Assembly (NCBI GenBank): GCA_900546715.1
Contig: UREA01000003.1
Coordinates: 11,189-75,188, forward strand
Direction: 5' to 3'
Length of the DNA: 64,000 bases
Source of the DNA: an uncultured Mycoplasmatota bacterium
Lineage (GTDB): Bacteria > Bacillota_I > Bacilli_A > RF39 > UBA660
Shown here: positions 18,563-27,753 of the stretch, one piece after another
Layout: each line of letters starts with the position of its first letter
Position numbering within the stretch: the stretch's first letter is position 1
Made by a program: the position numbers and the translations under genes
Notes under the pieces: model-generated
Databases searched by the model: none
What the model saw: only the letters and a program-made list of their open reading frames with translations
Told to the model about the DNA's origin: nothing

Positions 18563-19555
18563 ATGAATGATGAATTATTAATTATAATACCATTAAATAA
18601 AAATAATGAATTAAAAATAGAAGATGCATTAATTAAACTTAATGCTTTTTCTAATGTCTTAATCCTAAATTATTCTAATAATGAAGAATTAATCAAGAAA
18701 TTAAAAAAAGATTACACAATACTAAATGAAGTAGGGGAAAAGAATTCTAAAGAAATAATCCAATATTGTCTTGATAATTATAAAAATATAAAAGCCATTA
18801 CTCCCATAAGCAATTTAAATGCAGCAGACATAGAAGATATAATTAATGCTAGTAAATCAGCAATAAATAATCCAAATAGCTTTATAGTAGGAGTAAAAGA
18901 TAAAAGTTTTATCAATATAACTAATAAATTTACTATTTTCTTATATAAATGTTTTTTTAATTATAATATAAATGATTCATCGAGTAGTATTACTTCTTTT
19001 AGTAAAGATCTTGCTCAAAAACTAATACATATCAATACTGTTTCTAATAACTTTTTAATTACTTAAATAGAAAATAATATAGATATTAAAGAAATACGTG
19101 TTAAAACTATCTATCAAAAAAACAAAATAGAAAATACTAATATACTTAATAGTATTAAAAGAATATATAATAATTTTTTCAAATATTTTTTAAAATTATT
19201 TATTCCTTATGTCCTAGGTTTATTAATTTTCTTAATAACGTTTTACTTTATTAATTCTTCAAATGACTTAATATCTTTAGTAATAACTAATATTTTATCA
19301 GGCATAATAAGTATAGTAGTAAATATAATTATGAATTATACAAATATATACCATCATAATACTTTAGGTAATAATTTTATTTATATTTTCAAAAAATTAT
19401 TAAAAACCTTAATCGGAGGCTTCTTCATATATATATTGTATAATTTATTAAATATAAATTTATTGTTAAGTAAAGTTATTATAGATATAATACTTACTAT
19501 AATATTTTATTTAATATTTAAGAATGTAGGTTTTAAAGATGAAAAAAAGAATTAA
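18563..19555 (+). pseudogene. bifunctional GT2 glycosyltransferase/GtrA-family gene interrupted by one in-frame TAA
   Basis: ORFs 18554..19066 and 19331..19555 share a frame. My translation of 19067-19330 continues it (IDIKEIRVKTIYQKNKIENTNILNSIKRIYNNFFKYF... then TM segments). The only break is the TAA at 19064-19066. Confidence 0.6.
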
Positions 19556-20165
19556 TATTATTTTAATTGTTGTTTTAACTATCATTTTATTAATTGAAAT
19601 CATTTTAGTTAAACTAAATGTTTTTAATAGTATTGATGATTTAATTTATTCTCATGCTACTAGCATTATAAATAATTTCAATACCACTATTTTTAAAGGA
19701 TTTAGCTTTTTAGGAACCGAAATATTTATAATACTTTTTTGTTTAATAAATATAATAATAAACAAGAGTAGGGGAGTAGCAATTACAATCATTGTTCTTG
19801 GCTCTACCCTATTAAATCAAGCATTAAAAATAATTATAAGAAGACCTAGACCAGATATAAATCCTTTGGCAATAGAAAAAAGTTTTAGTTTTCCAAGCGG
19901 ACATACAATGATCATGGTTGTAATTGGAGGAATATTAATTTATTTATTATGGCTAGGAAAGGGGAGTAGACTCAAAAAAATATTCTTAACTATTATAATA
20001 TCATTGGTGGCTTTAACAGTTATGTTTTCAAGAATTTATTTAGGAGTACATTATTTTAGCGATATAATTGGTGGTATTACCTCTGGTTTATTATTTCTAT
20101 TTATCAGTTATTACTACTACACATTTAAATTTAAAGTCCCCTACTACCCAGGAAAGAAAAAATAG
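19539..20165 (+). CDS. PAP2-family phosphatase (undecaprenyl-diphosphatase type)
   Basis: KIIIRRPRP, PSGHT and SRIYLGVHYFSDIIGG acid-phosphatase motifs. Confidence 0.85.
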   Translation: MKKRINIILIVVLTIILLIEIILVKLNVFNSIDDLIYSHATSIINNFNTTIFKGFSFLGTEIFIILFCLINIIINKSRGVAITIIVLGSTLLNQALKIIIRRPRPDINPLAIEKSFSFPSGHTMIMVVIGGILIYLLWLGKGSRLKKIFLTIIISLVALTVMFSRIYLGVHYFSDIIGGITSGLLFLFISYYYYTFKFKVPYYPGKKK

Positions 20166-20171
20166 GGTATA

Positions 20172-20250
20172 TATATCCTTATTATATATAAATATAAGGA
20201 TTACGCGCGTATTATATCCTTATTAAAATATAAATAAGGATAATAATTAT
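20172..20250. repeat. twin hairpins flanking a TACGCGCGTA palindrome
   Basis: ATCCTTAT...ATAAGGAT, then TACGCGCGTA, then ATCCTTATT...AATAAGGAT, in a convergent intergenic region. Confidence 0.5.
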
Positions 20251-20482
20251 AAATCATTTTTAATAAATAATAAATTAATAATTCATATTAAATTTAATTT
20301 TAAAATTTATAATTTATAATTTGATATTGCATAGATATCAGATAATTATAGTTAAGAAAAGAGATTAATTAAATTAAAGCATTAAAATAAGCCATAAAAT
20401 CAGCTATTATTTAACAAAATAAAGTTTTAAATAATATATATTATGTTAACTAAATTATGGAAACAAAAAAGGAATATATTCA

Positions 20483-21421
20483 TTATCTCCTTTTATTTTT
20501 AATATTTATAACTCTTTTAGATATTTTATAATGATCTAATTTATTTGTAAATGTTATTGTATCCATTTGCATTGGACATAAATGATTAAATGGATGCAAC
20601 ACTTTCGGAGCACATTCTTGAATTTTAGTGATACCACCACTTATTAAAAGTGATGTACCAGTATTTAATACTCTATATCCCCTAGCCTCTTTAGGAAATA
20701 TCTTCTTTTTTGGACTAATTATCCCAAAAGTAAAGTTACCAAAACCAAAAGGAATACAACCATCATGATTATGTCCACTAATTAATAAGTCATAATCTCG
20801 TAATAACATATTATTTTTTTCTAATTTAGCATATTCTGGTGAGTGAATTAAACCTATTTTTATTATGTCTTTAGGAAGGTTTTTATATAATTTGGGATAG
20901 CTTTTAAAATCATTAAAAAATACTTCTAAATCTTCATATGATTCATTATTATAATAATATTTAAGAGTTTCTTTATAACCCATAAATAATACTTGATTAT
21001 CTTGATATAACTTATTATCTAATAAATAAACATTATTAATACTAGTAACTTTTTCCCAAAATGCTTTATTATTCTCTATACTATATTTGTTATTCTTATC
21101 CTTATTTTTATTAATAAAATCATGGTTTCCTAAAATAATCATAGTTGGAGCTACAACAGCTGATGATGCAATTAGATCTAATAATTGTTCTTGTATTTCT
21201 TTATTTTCCAATTCTTTTGGGGTACTAACAAAATCTCCTAAAAATACATTATAATCGGCCTTTTCTTCTTTTATTTGCTTTTTTATAGCAGTAATCTTTA
21301 TTTTATCCACTGATTTACTTAAATGTATATCCCCTAGAGCAACAACTTTAAAATCATTTTTAACATTTTTATTATATAATGTTATATCTCTTATTTGTAA
21401 ATAATGATCTACTAAACGCAT
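20483..21421 (-). CDS. metallophosphoesterase (calcineurin-like)
   Basis: ALGDIHLS, FLGDF, LGNHDF and SGHNHDG motifs. Confidence 0.85.
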   Translation of the reverse strand: MRLVDHYLQIRDITLYNKNVKNDFKVVALGDIHLSKSVDKIKITAIKKQIKEEKADYNVFLGDFVSTPKELENKEIQEQLLDLIASSAVVAPTMIILGNHDFINKNKDKNNKYSIENNKAFWEKVTSINNVYLLDNKLYQDNQVLFMGYKETLKYYYNNESYEDLEVFFNDFKSYPKLYKNLPKDIIKIGLIHSPEYAKLEKNNMLLRDYDLLISGHNHDGCIPFGFGNFTFGIISPKKKIFPKEARGYRVLNTGTSLLISGGITKIQECAPKVLHPFNHLCPMQMDTITFTNKLDHYKISKRVINIKNKRR

Positions 21422-21464
21422 TACAATATCTCCTTACAAACTGCATTATAACAAATAAAATTTA

Positions 21465-22217
21465 TTAAAACAATACTATATTAATTAATACTAAAATTAT
21501 TCCACTGATTAAACCTAAATATAATATTTTGTTTTCCTTATATTTTAGTGCTTTAGGAATTAATTCTTGAATAGCTAAGGTAATCATTAAACCCGCAACA
21601 ATAACAAGAATTATACTAATCATCATATCAGTAATATAGTTCTTTAAGAATATAAATGCGAGCATTGCTCCGATAGGTTCGGCAATTCCCGACAGAAAGG
21701 CTTTTTTAAAAGCTTCCATCTTACTTCCTGTTGCATAATATATTGGCACAGCTATACTAATTCCTTCAGGAATATTATGAAGCATTATGGCTACACTTAA
21801 TTTAATACCTAAATCTATACTTTGATAACTACTTAAGAATGTCGCAATACCTTCGGGCAAATTATGAAGTATTAATACTATCATATTAAGTATTCCGAGC
21901 TTATATAAATCTTGTTTTTGCTCTTGTTTATTTATAAGAGTACTCATAAAAGTAATAACTATATAACTTATTATAAAAGCAATTACAAGCAAAAGAACTG
22001 ATTTAGATAGACCATAAACTCCAAAATAGGCAAAAAAAGATTCGGGAATTAAATCAAATATTGATATACCAATCATTACTGATGCCGAGAATGCTAGACA
22101 AAAAGTAATAAATTTATTTATTTTAGCGGAATCTATTTTAAAAAATATTATTAATGCTCCAAGGCATGTAGAAAGACCTGCAATAGTAGATATAAGTAAA
22201 GGTATCAATACTTGCAT
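21465..22217 (-). CDS. zupT: ZIP-family zinc transporter
   Basis: HNLPEGIA and HNIPEGISIAVP motifs; 8 TM segments. Confidence 0.8.
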   Translation of the reverse strand: MQVLIPLLISTIAGLSTCLGALIIFFKIDSAKINKFITFCLAFSASVMIGISIFDLIPESFFAYFGVYGLSKSVLLLVIAFIISYIVITFMSTLINKQEQKQDLYKLGILNMIVLILHNLPEGIATFLSSYQSIDLGIKLSVAIMLHNIPEGISIAVPIYYATGSKMEAFKKAFLSGIAEPIGAMLAFIFLKNYITDMMISIILVIVAGLMITLAIQELIPKALKYKENKILYLGLISGIILVLINIVLF

Positions 22218-22231
22218 AAATTCCTCCTTAT

Positions 22232-23114
22232 TTAAAGTATATTAAAAAAAGACAAGTTTATGATGCTTGTCTTTAACATAATACAAGTATTATTCCTTAA
22301 ATAATCTAAATATTCCCTAAATTCTTTATTATCACTCTCTACTTGTAAAACAAAATTAATTCTTCCTATTAAAGTATTAATATATTTATCTTAATTGTTA
22401 TATTTAATAAAGGAACTTGGTCTTTTACTACTATTTAAAACTCTAATTTTATCATAATTAAGTTTAAAATGATATTTTTTTAGCAGATTTCTTACTATAA
22501 CTATAAGATCATTAGGATTAAAATCACCAGAGAATATTAAATCATCAGAATATCTAGTATAACTTATATTTAAATTATCACAACACTTACCTACTTCTTC
22601 ATCAAAACTTCTTAAAATTAAATTAGAAATATAAGCTGGTTGGTGTTCCTTGTGGTAGTTCATTATTATACATACAGATATTAGTAAGTAAAATACCTAT
22701 CTTTTTAGGATATAGTGTTTCATTAAAACAAGTATTATATACCATATTAAAATTAATACTAGGAAAGAAATCTTTAATATCTAATTTTAAAATAATTCTT
22801 TTATTAATATGAACTTTAGCATTATCCACTAAACTAATTCCCTTTTGATAAGCGGTTGCATACCTAGATACTCTCATTTCTTCTAATATGTTTTTTAAAA
22901 TATTTCGCTGAACAGTTTTAAGTAAGTTACTTGGTTCATAAATTGTTCTAAAACTACCGTTTTTCTTGGAAATTTCAAAGCTTATATAATTAGCATCTAA
23001 ATTATTAGACAAATAATATAATATTTTCTTAACCTTTTTTATATCATTAGTTTTAAGCAAATTAAAAGAAAGTAAAAATTCATCATACATTTTATCAGTT
23101 AAATGTTTCCACAT
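22232..23114 (-). pseudogene. retron-type reverse transcriptase, disrupted (one frameshift, one in-frame TAA)
   Basis: LPQGTPTS, then a frameshift near 22640, then AYISNLILRSFD ... YTRYSDDLIFS (YxDD). The frame stays open past the TAA at 22391-22393 (DKYINTLIGRINFVLQVE...). GGAAGTG RBS before the ATG at 23114. Confidence 0.7.
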
Positions 23115-23130
23115 AATTTTCACTTCCTTT

Positions 23131-23271
23131 AAAAGCAATACTAAATATTATAAATATGGAAATGTACTTTACATAACGCAGTTATGGGTAGTTACATTGG
23201 AATATTTATGCGATATATTTACTAAATCTCCACTTAAACGACTCGTTTAAATATAGGACGCTATTGCTTTT
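23131..23271 (-). ncRNA. candidate retron msr-msd non-coding RNA
   Basis: 10-bp inverted repeat AAAAGCAATA/TATTGCTTTT (23262-23271 and 23131-23140) brackets about 120 nt. Inside are hairpins TTAAACG-AGT-CGTTTAA and AATGTA..CATAAC-TGC-GTTATG..TACATT. A G follows a1. The 3' arm abuts the RT RBS and a TATAAT lies upstream. Confidence 0.5.
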
Positions 23272-23291
23272 TCAAAAATATTATAAAAGCT

Positions 23292-24899
23292 TTATTTTTT
23301 ATTTTCAATACTAGATTTTATAAATGAATCAAATAATGGATGGCATCTTGTCGGACGACTTTTAAATTCCGGATGAAATTGACAAGCTATAAAATGGGGG
23401 TGATTATCAAGCTCAATTATTTCTACTAAATTAGCATCGGGATTAATACCACTTATTACTAAGCCATTTTTCTCTAATATTTCTTTATAATTATTATTAA
23501 ATTCATAACGATGTCTATGACGTTCTAATATTTCATCACTTTTGTAATCTTTATAAGCAAGTGTTCCTTTTTTTAAACTACATTTATAATTACCAAGTCT
23601 TAAGGTTCCACCTTTATTGATGATTGCTTTTTGATCAGCCATTAAATCAATTACAGGATTTTCTGCCAATTCATCAAATTCTCTGCTACTTGCATCATTT
23701 ATGCCACAAACATTACGAGCAAACTCAATTACTGCTATTTGCATACCTAAACAAATACCTAGGAATGGCACTTTATTTACCCTGGCATAACGACAAGCAT
23801 TAATCATACCTTGCGTTCCTCTTGAACCAAAACCACCAGGAATAATTATGCCACTAGATTTTTTAAATACTTCTTTTAAATTTGTTTTTACATCTTCTAG
23901 TGATTCACTATCTACCCATTTAATATTAATTTTGGTATTATATTTATAACCAGCTGATTTTAGTGCCTCTTTAACAGAAAGATAAGCATCTTCCAGTTCT
24001 GTGTATTTACCAACTAAAGCTATTTCAATTTCCTTATCCAAATTGTTTACTCTATTTATTAAATCTTCCCAATTACTTAAGTCACTTTTAGTAATTTTTA
24101 AATTGAATTGCTTTAAAATTATATCTTCAATATGTTGTTTATGAAAATTAATTGGTATTTGATAAATATTAGCTTCATCCTTAGCTTCAATAATATTTTC
24201 TTTAGGAATACTACCAAAAAGAGCTATTTTTTCTCTTACATGAACACCTAATTCTATTGGTGCTCTAGTAACAATAATATCTGGTTGAATACCAAGTCTT
24301 CTTAGTTCAATAATACTATTTTGTGTAGGTTTAGTTTTAAGTTCATTTGAGCCATATAAAAATGGTACTAAAGTGGTATGAACAAATAAAGAATTATTAA
24401 TACCCGCCTCTAATCTAAATTGCCTTAAAGATTCCATCATAACAGCTGATTCAATATCTCCAACTGTACCACCGATTTCGGTGATTACTATATCTGCTCC
24501 ACTGCTAGTCCCCGCTTCATAAATTTTATTTTTAATTTCATTAGATATGTGAGGTACAATTTGAATAGTTGCCCCCAAATAGTCCCCTACTCGTTCTTTT
24601 TCAATAACACTAGAATAAATCTTGCCATTAGTGATATTTGAAGTATAATTTAACTCTTCATCAATAAACCTTTCATAATGCCCTAAATCAAGATCTGTTT
24701 CACAGCCATCAGCAGTCACAAATACCTCACCATGTTGAATTGGTGACATAGTACCAGGATCCACATTCATATATGGATCAAATTTCTGCATAAATACTTT
24801 ATAACCTTTAGCTTTTAAAAGTAGTGCAATACTTGATGCTGTAATACCTTTACCAAGCCCTGAACAAACACCCCCAGTTACAAATACATACTTTGTCAT
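23292..24899 (-). CDS. pyrG: CTP synthase
   Basis: MTKYVFVTGGVCSGLGKG start plus GICLGMQ and QFHPEF glutaminase motifs. ATG at 24899 preferred over the upstream track start. Confidence 0.95.
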   Translation of the reverse strand: MTKYVFVTGGVCSGLGKGITASSIALLLKAKGYKVFMQKFDPYMNVDPGTMSPIQHGEVFVTADGCETDLDLGHYERFIDEELNYTSNITNGKIYSSVIEKERVGDYLGATIQIVPHISNEIKNKIYEAGTSSGADIVITEIGGTVGDIESAVMMESLRQFRLEAGINNSLFVHTTLVPFLYGSNELKTKPTQNSIIELRRLGIQPDIIVTRAPIELGVHVREKIALFGSIPKENIIEAKDEANIYQIPINFHKQHIEDIILKQFNLKITKSDLSNWEDLINRVNNLDKEIEIALVGKYTELEDAYLSVKEALKSAGYKYNTKINIKWVDSESLEDVKTNLKEVFKKSSGIIIPGGFGSRGTQGMINACRYARVNKVPFLGICLGMQIAVIEFARNVCGINDASSREFDELAENPVIDLMADQKAIINKGGTLRLGNYKCSLKKGTLAYKDYKSDEILERHRHRYEFNNNYKEILEKNGLVISGINPDANLVEIIELDNHPHFIACQFHPEFKSRPTRCHPLFDSFIKSSIENKK

Positions 24900-24917
24900 A
24901 AAATCCTCCATAAATAA

Positions 24918-24984
24918 GAAAAACACACTGGGAGATACCAGTGTGGCTCTATTTAAGTATATCACTATTTTTTACACTTCTCAA
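24918..24984 (-). promoter_or_regulatory. pyrG promoter plus leader terminator (attenuator candidate)
   Basis: TTGAGA (24979-24984), 17-nt spacer, TATACT (24956-24961). Then the 8-bp hairpin CACACTGG/CCAGTGTG (24924-24945) followed by GTTTTTC, only about 20 nt before the pyrG RBS. Confidence 0.5.
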
Positions 24985-25576
24985 TAAAATATTGAAATAT
25001 TTTTTTACTATATTCATCACTTAAATCTTCTGGATGCCATTGTAGCCCTAATATAAATGTTTTATTAGGAATGTGTATTGCCTCAATTATTTTATCATCA
25101 CGGCTTTTTGCATCAATCAAAAAATTATCATTTAAATTAACAGTATCATTATGTCTACTATTAACGATTATTTTATTACTACCTAAAATATCGAAAAGTA
25201 TTCCCTTATTTATAGTTATTTCATGAACATATTCATCTTTACTTTGATGTTTACTATTACCAATGGCTATACAATTATCTAATACATTACCAAATTTATC
25301 CATTGATGCAATTAACTGCATACCCGCACAAATACCTAAAGCTGGTATATCATTAATATACGCATATTTTAATATCTTTTCATCTAATTCTTCCCATGAA
25401 GATCCTCCAGGAAAAATAAAGCCAGAAAAAACGCTAAAATCCATATCACTTAAAATAAGCAAAGGTGTTCCACCAGACTTTATAACATAATCTACAATAC
25501 TTTTATTTACTTTTAAAATATCTCTATCATCACTTTTTATAGTGCGGCAAGTAATGCCAATTAATGGTTTATTCAT
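24965..25576 (-). CDS. class I glutamine amidotransferase (peptidase C26, PuuD-like)
   Basis: GICAGMQL nucleophile elbow and LQWHPE motif. Confidence 0.8.
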   Translation of the reverse strand: MNKPLIGITCRTIKSDDRDILKVNKSIVDYVIKSGGTPLLILSDMDFSVFSGFIFPGGSSWEELDEKILKYAYINDIPALGICAGMQLIASMDKFGNVLDNCIAIGNSKHQSKDEYVHEITINKGILFDILGSNKIIVNSRHNDTVNLNDNFLIDAKSRDDKIIEAIHIPNKTFILGLQWHPEDLSDEYSKKIFQYFIEKCKK

Positions 25577-25662
25577 ATTATCAAATCCTTTCTAAATATT
25601 ACCAATTATTTTATGATTAATTATTTTTATTTGTACCATAATAGTACTGGGAGGAAAATATA

Positions 25663-25785
25663 ATGAGTAAATCAAGAAGTTCAGCTAGAAGTAATGCAAG
25701 AAACAATTCTAAAGCTTCTAGTTCAAGTAGTGCAAGAAGTAAAGCACGTAATAATGCAAATGCTCGTAACGAAAACTGTAATTAA
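25663..25785 (+). CDS. 40-aa basic low-complexity peptide
   Basis: Own translation MSKSRSSARSNARNNSKASSSSSARSKARNNANARNENCN. GGGAGG RBS 7 nt upstream. Below the ORF-track length cutoff. Confidence 0.4.
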   Translation: MSKSRSSARSNARNNSKASSSSSARSKARNNANARNENCN

Positions 25786-26687
25786 TTAATTCCATTTTCT
25801 TTATGAGCTCGAGGATGATGATTATAATCTTCCTCGATTTTTTTATTGCTCAAATGACTATATATTTCCGTTGTAACTAAATTCTCATGTCCTAATAATT
25901 CTTGAATAACTCTTAAATCTGCACCATTATTAAGTAAGTGCGTTGCAAAAGAATGCCTTAAAGTATGTGGTGAAATATCTTTATTTATATGAGCTTCCTG
26001 AGCTAACTTCTTAAGTATCTTAAAAAATCCTTGTCTACTTATTTTATTACCGTCTTTATTTATAAATACATAATTACTGGTTTTAGTTTTTAGTAAAAAC
26101 CTCCGATATTCATTTATGTATAAAGTTAAAAATTTTATTGCGGTATCACCAAGTGGCACAATTCTTGTCTTTTTGCCTTTGCCAAGTACTCTTATAATAC
26201 ATTCATCAAAATCTATTTGATTGAGCTCTAAATTGGTAAGTTCACTTATTCTAATTCCTGTTGCATATAATACTTCAAGCATTGCTTTATTACGATAATC
26301 AACTGGTTTAATAAGTCTTATATCAAGTAGTTTATCTATCTCTTCATCAGTTAAATAATTAGGCAGTTTCTTCTCAAGCTTTGGAGCTTTAATACTATCA
26401 CAAGGATTACTATTAATCTTTTTATTAAAGATCATATAATTATAAAATGAATTAAAAACCGACAAATAATGAGCTTTAGTTTTAGTACTGGCCTCTACAT
26501 TTAATAAAAAATTTCTTATATCATCACTATTTAAACTTAAGGCATCTTTCCTAGTCTGTTCTAATAACATTAATAAATTTTCTCCATAAGAATCTATAGT
26601 ATTATCTGATAATCTTCTTTCATATTTTAAATATTCTAAATAATATACAACATTTTCATCTTTAATATTTTCAATTATATTTTTCAT
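25782..26687 (-). CDS. xerD: tyrosine recombinase XerD-type
   Basis: ATGIRISEL, HTLRHSFATHLL..GADLRVIQELLGH....TTEIY and a terminal HPRA. Confidence 0.85.
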   Translation of the reverse strand: MKNIIENIKDENVVYYLEYLKYERRLSDNTIDSYGENLLMLLEQTRKDALSLNSDDIRNFLLNVEASTKTKAHYLSVFNSFYNYMIFNKKINSNPCDSIKAPKLEKKLPNYLTDEEIDKLLDIRLIKPVDYRNKAMLEVLYATGIRISELTNLELNQIDFDECIIRVLGKGKKTRIVPLGDTAIKFLTLYINEYRRFLLKTKTSNYVFINKDGNKISRQGFFKILKKLAQEAHINKDISPHTLRHSFATHLLNNGADLRVIQELLGHENLVTTEIYSHLSNKKIEEDYNHHPRAHKENGIN

Positions 26688-26771
26688 ATTATCACAATAT
26701 AATTATACATTATTTTTAAAAATTTTGCTATAACTATTTACATATGGTAATTTCTTTGGTATAATTTAATC

Positions 26772-26911
26772 ACTGGTGGATATAATATATATGTAGATAT
26801 TATATCTACTACGGGACTGATAACCCTAGTCTTTACTAGTTTGGTTTGAGGTCCTGACCCGTGTTGGCACATGTGAGCCGCTGTAAAAAGCAACAGTTAA
26901 GTTGCTTTTTT
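26772..26911 (+). ncRNA. unclassified structured small RNA, copy A
   Basis: TTTACA (26737-26742), 17-nt spacer, TATAAT (26760-26765). Conserved core 26813-26858: GGGAC..AACC-CUAGU-CUUU-ACUAG..GGUU..GUCC. Terminator GCAAC/GTTGC followed by T6. Confidence 0.55.
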
Positions 26912-26916
26912 ACATG

Positions 26917-27587
26917 TTATAATCTCTTGTTTTCTAAATCATTCAGCATTTTTCTTATTTCAGGTATTTCAAAAAAAACAGTTTCATTTTTAGAAAATGG
27001 GATTTTTCTTTTGAATTTGTAATCAAATTTATCTATAAAAGTAAGCATATCAGCAATTTGAAAAAGTCTTTCTTGAACTTTATCAAATTCAACTATATGT
27101 TCATAATTATTTAAAGTAGAAAAAACATTGTCAATAATATTGCCTAATATCTTTTGCCCATTATCATAATATACTATAATGTTTTTAAACTTATTTAAGT
27201 ATTTATGGTGTTTAATAATAAGTTTGTTTAACTCCATAGCTATTTGTTGTTTTAATATTTTGTCATTATTAGTATATTTCTTATTAATAATTACCGAACA
27301 TATTTTTATAGGCAATTTTCGGGTAAAATGATGTAATGATCTATATATATTTTTTTTCTTGTTATAATATCAAAATTTTTATAATCGCCTTTATGTCTTA
27401 CCAAATCTCCCATATGTATCATATTAGTATAACCAATAGATTTTAGTCTGTTTTCAAAATCATGCAAAAAATTATCTATGTTAATACTTGTATCATAAAA
27501 TACCATAGATACTACATATAATTCAGAAGAACCCTGTTCAAAACCAAATTCTCCACTTTCATCAATATAAATTTTTAGTTTTTTCAT
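26917..27587 (-). pseudogene. DUF3800-family gene split by a -1 frameshift in an A8 run
   Basis: KIYIDESGEFGF N-motif and QIADMLT C-motif. Adding one A to the A8 run (about 27351-27358) fuses ...ITRKKNIYRSLHHFTRKLPIKICSV... into one protein of about 223 aa. TTGCAA, 17-nt spacer, TATAAT promoter upstream. Confidence 0.6.
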
Positions 27588-27753
27588 AAGCTGATCTCCA
27601 AAATCAACCTTCCCCACATATCTCTAAAAGTTTCTTTCTCTAAACAACATTATATAATATTTTTTTTGAGTTTGCAAATAGAAAAAATACCATTTAGAAA
27701 ATTTTTAAAACAAAATTATTTACAAATGGTAATTGTTCTAGTATAATTTAATT

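Noticed and set aside
22232-23114. The reverse transcriptase being the DGR RT that services the GC-rich cassette
   Set aside because: Its motifs are retron-type (QGxPTS, YTRYSDD) rather than DGR-type (IGNxxSQ). It is preceded by an a1/a2-flanked msr/msd-like RNA, it is disrupted, and no template copy of the cassette lies near it.
26813-26858. The twin sRNA core as a guanidine-I (ykkC) riboswitch, because its reverse complement contains CUAGGGUU...GUCCCG
   Set aside because: The resemblance exists only on the minus strand. There the terminator would precede the aptamer, and no downstream gene is positioned to be regulated. The rest of the ykkC consensus (GGUCCGAGAG, ACACGG, GGGA..AAAGCCCGGGAGA) is absent.
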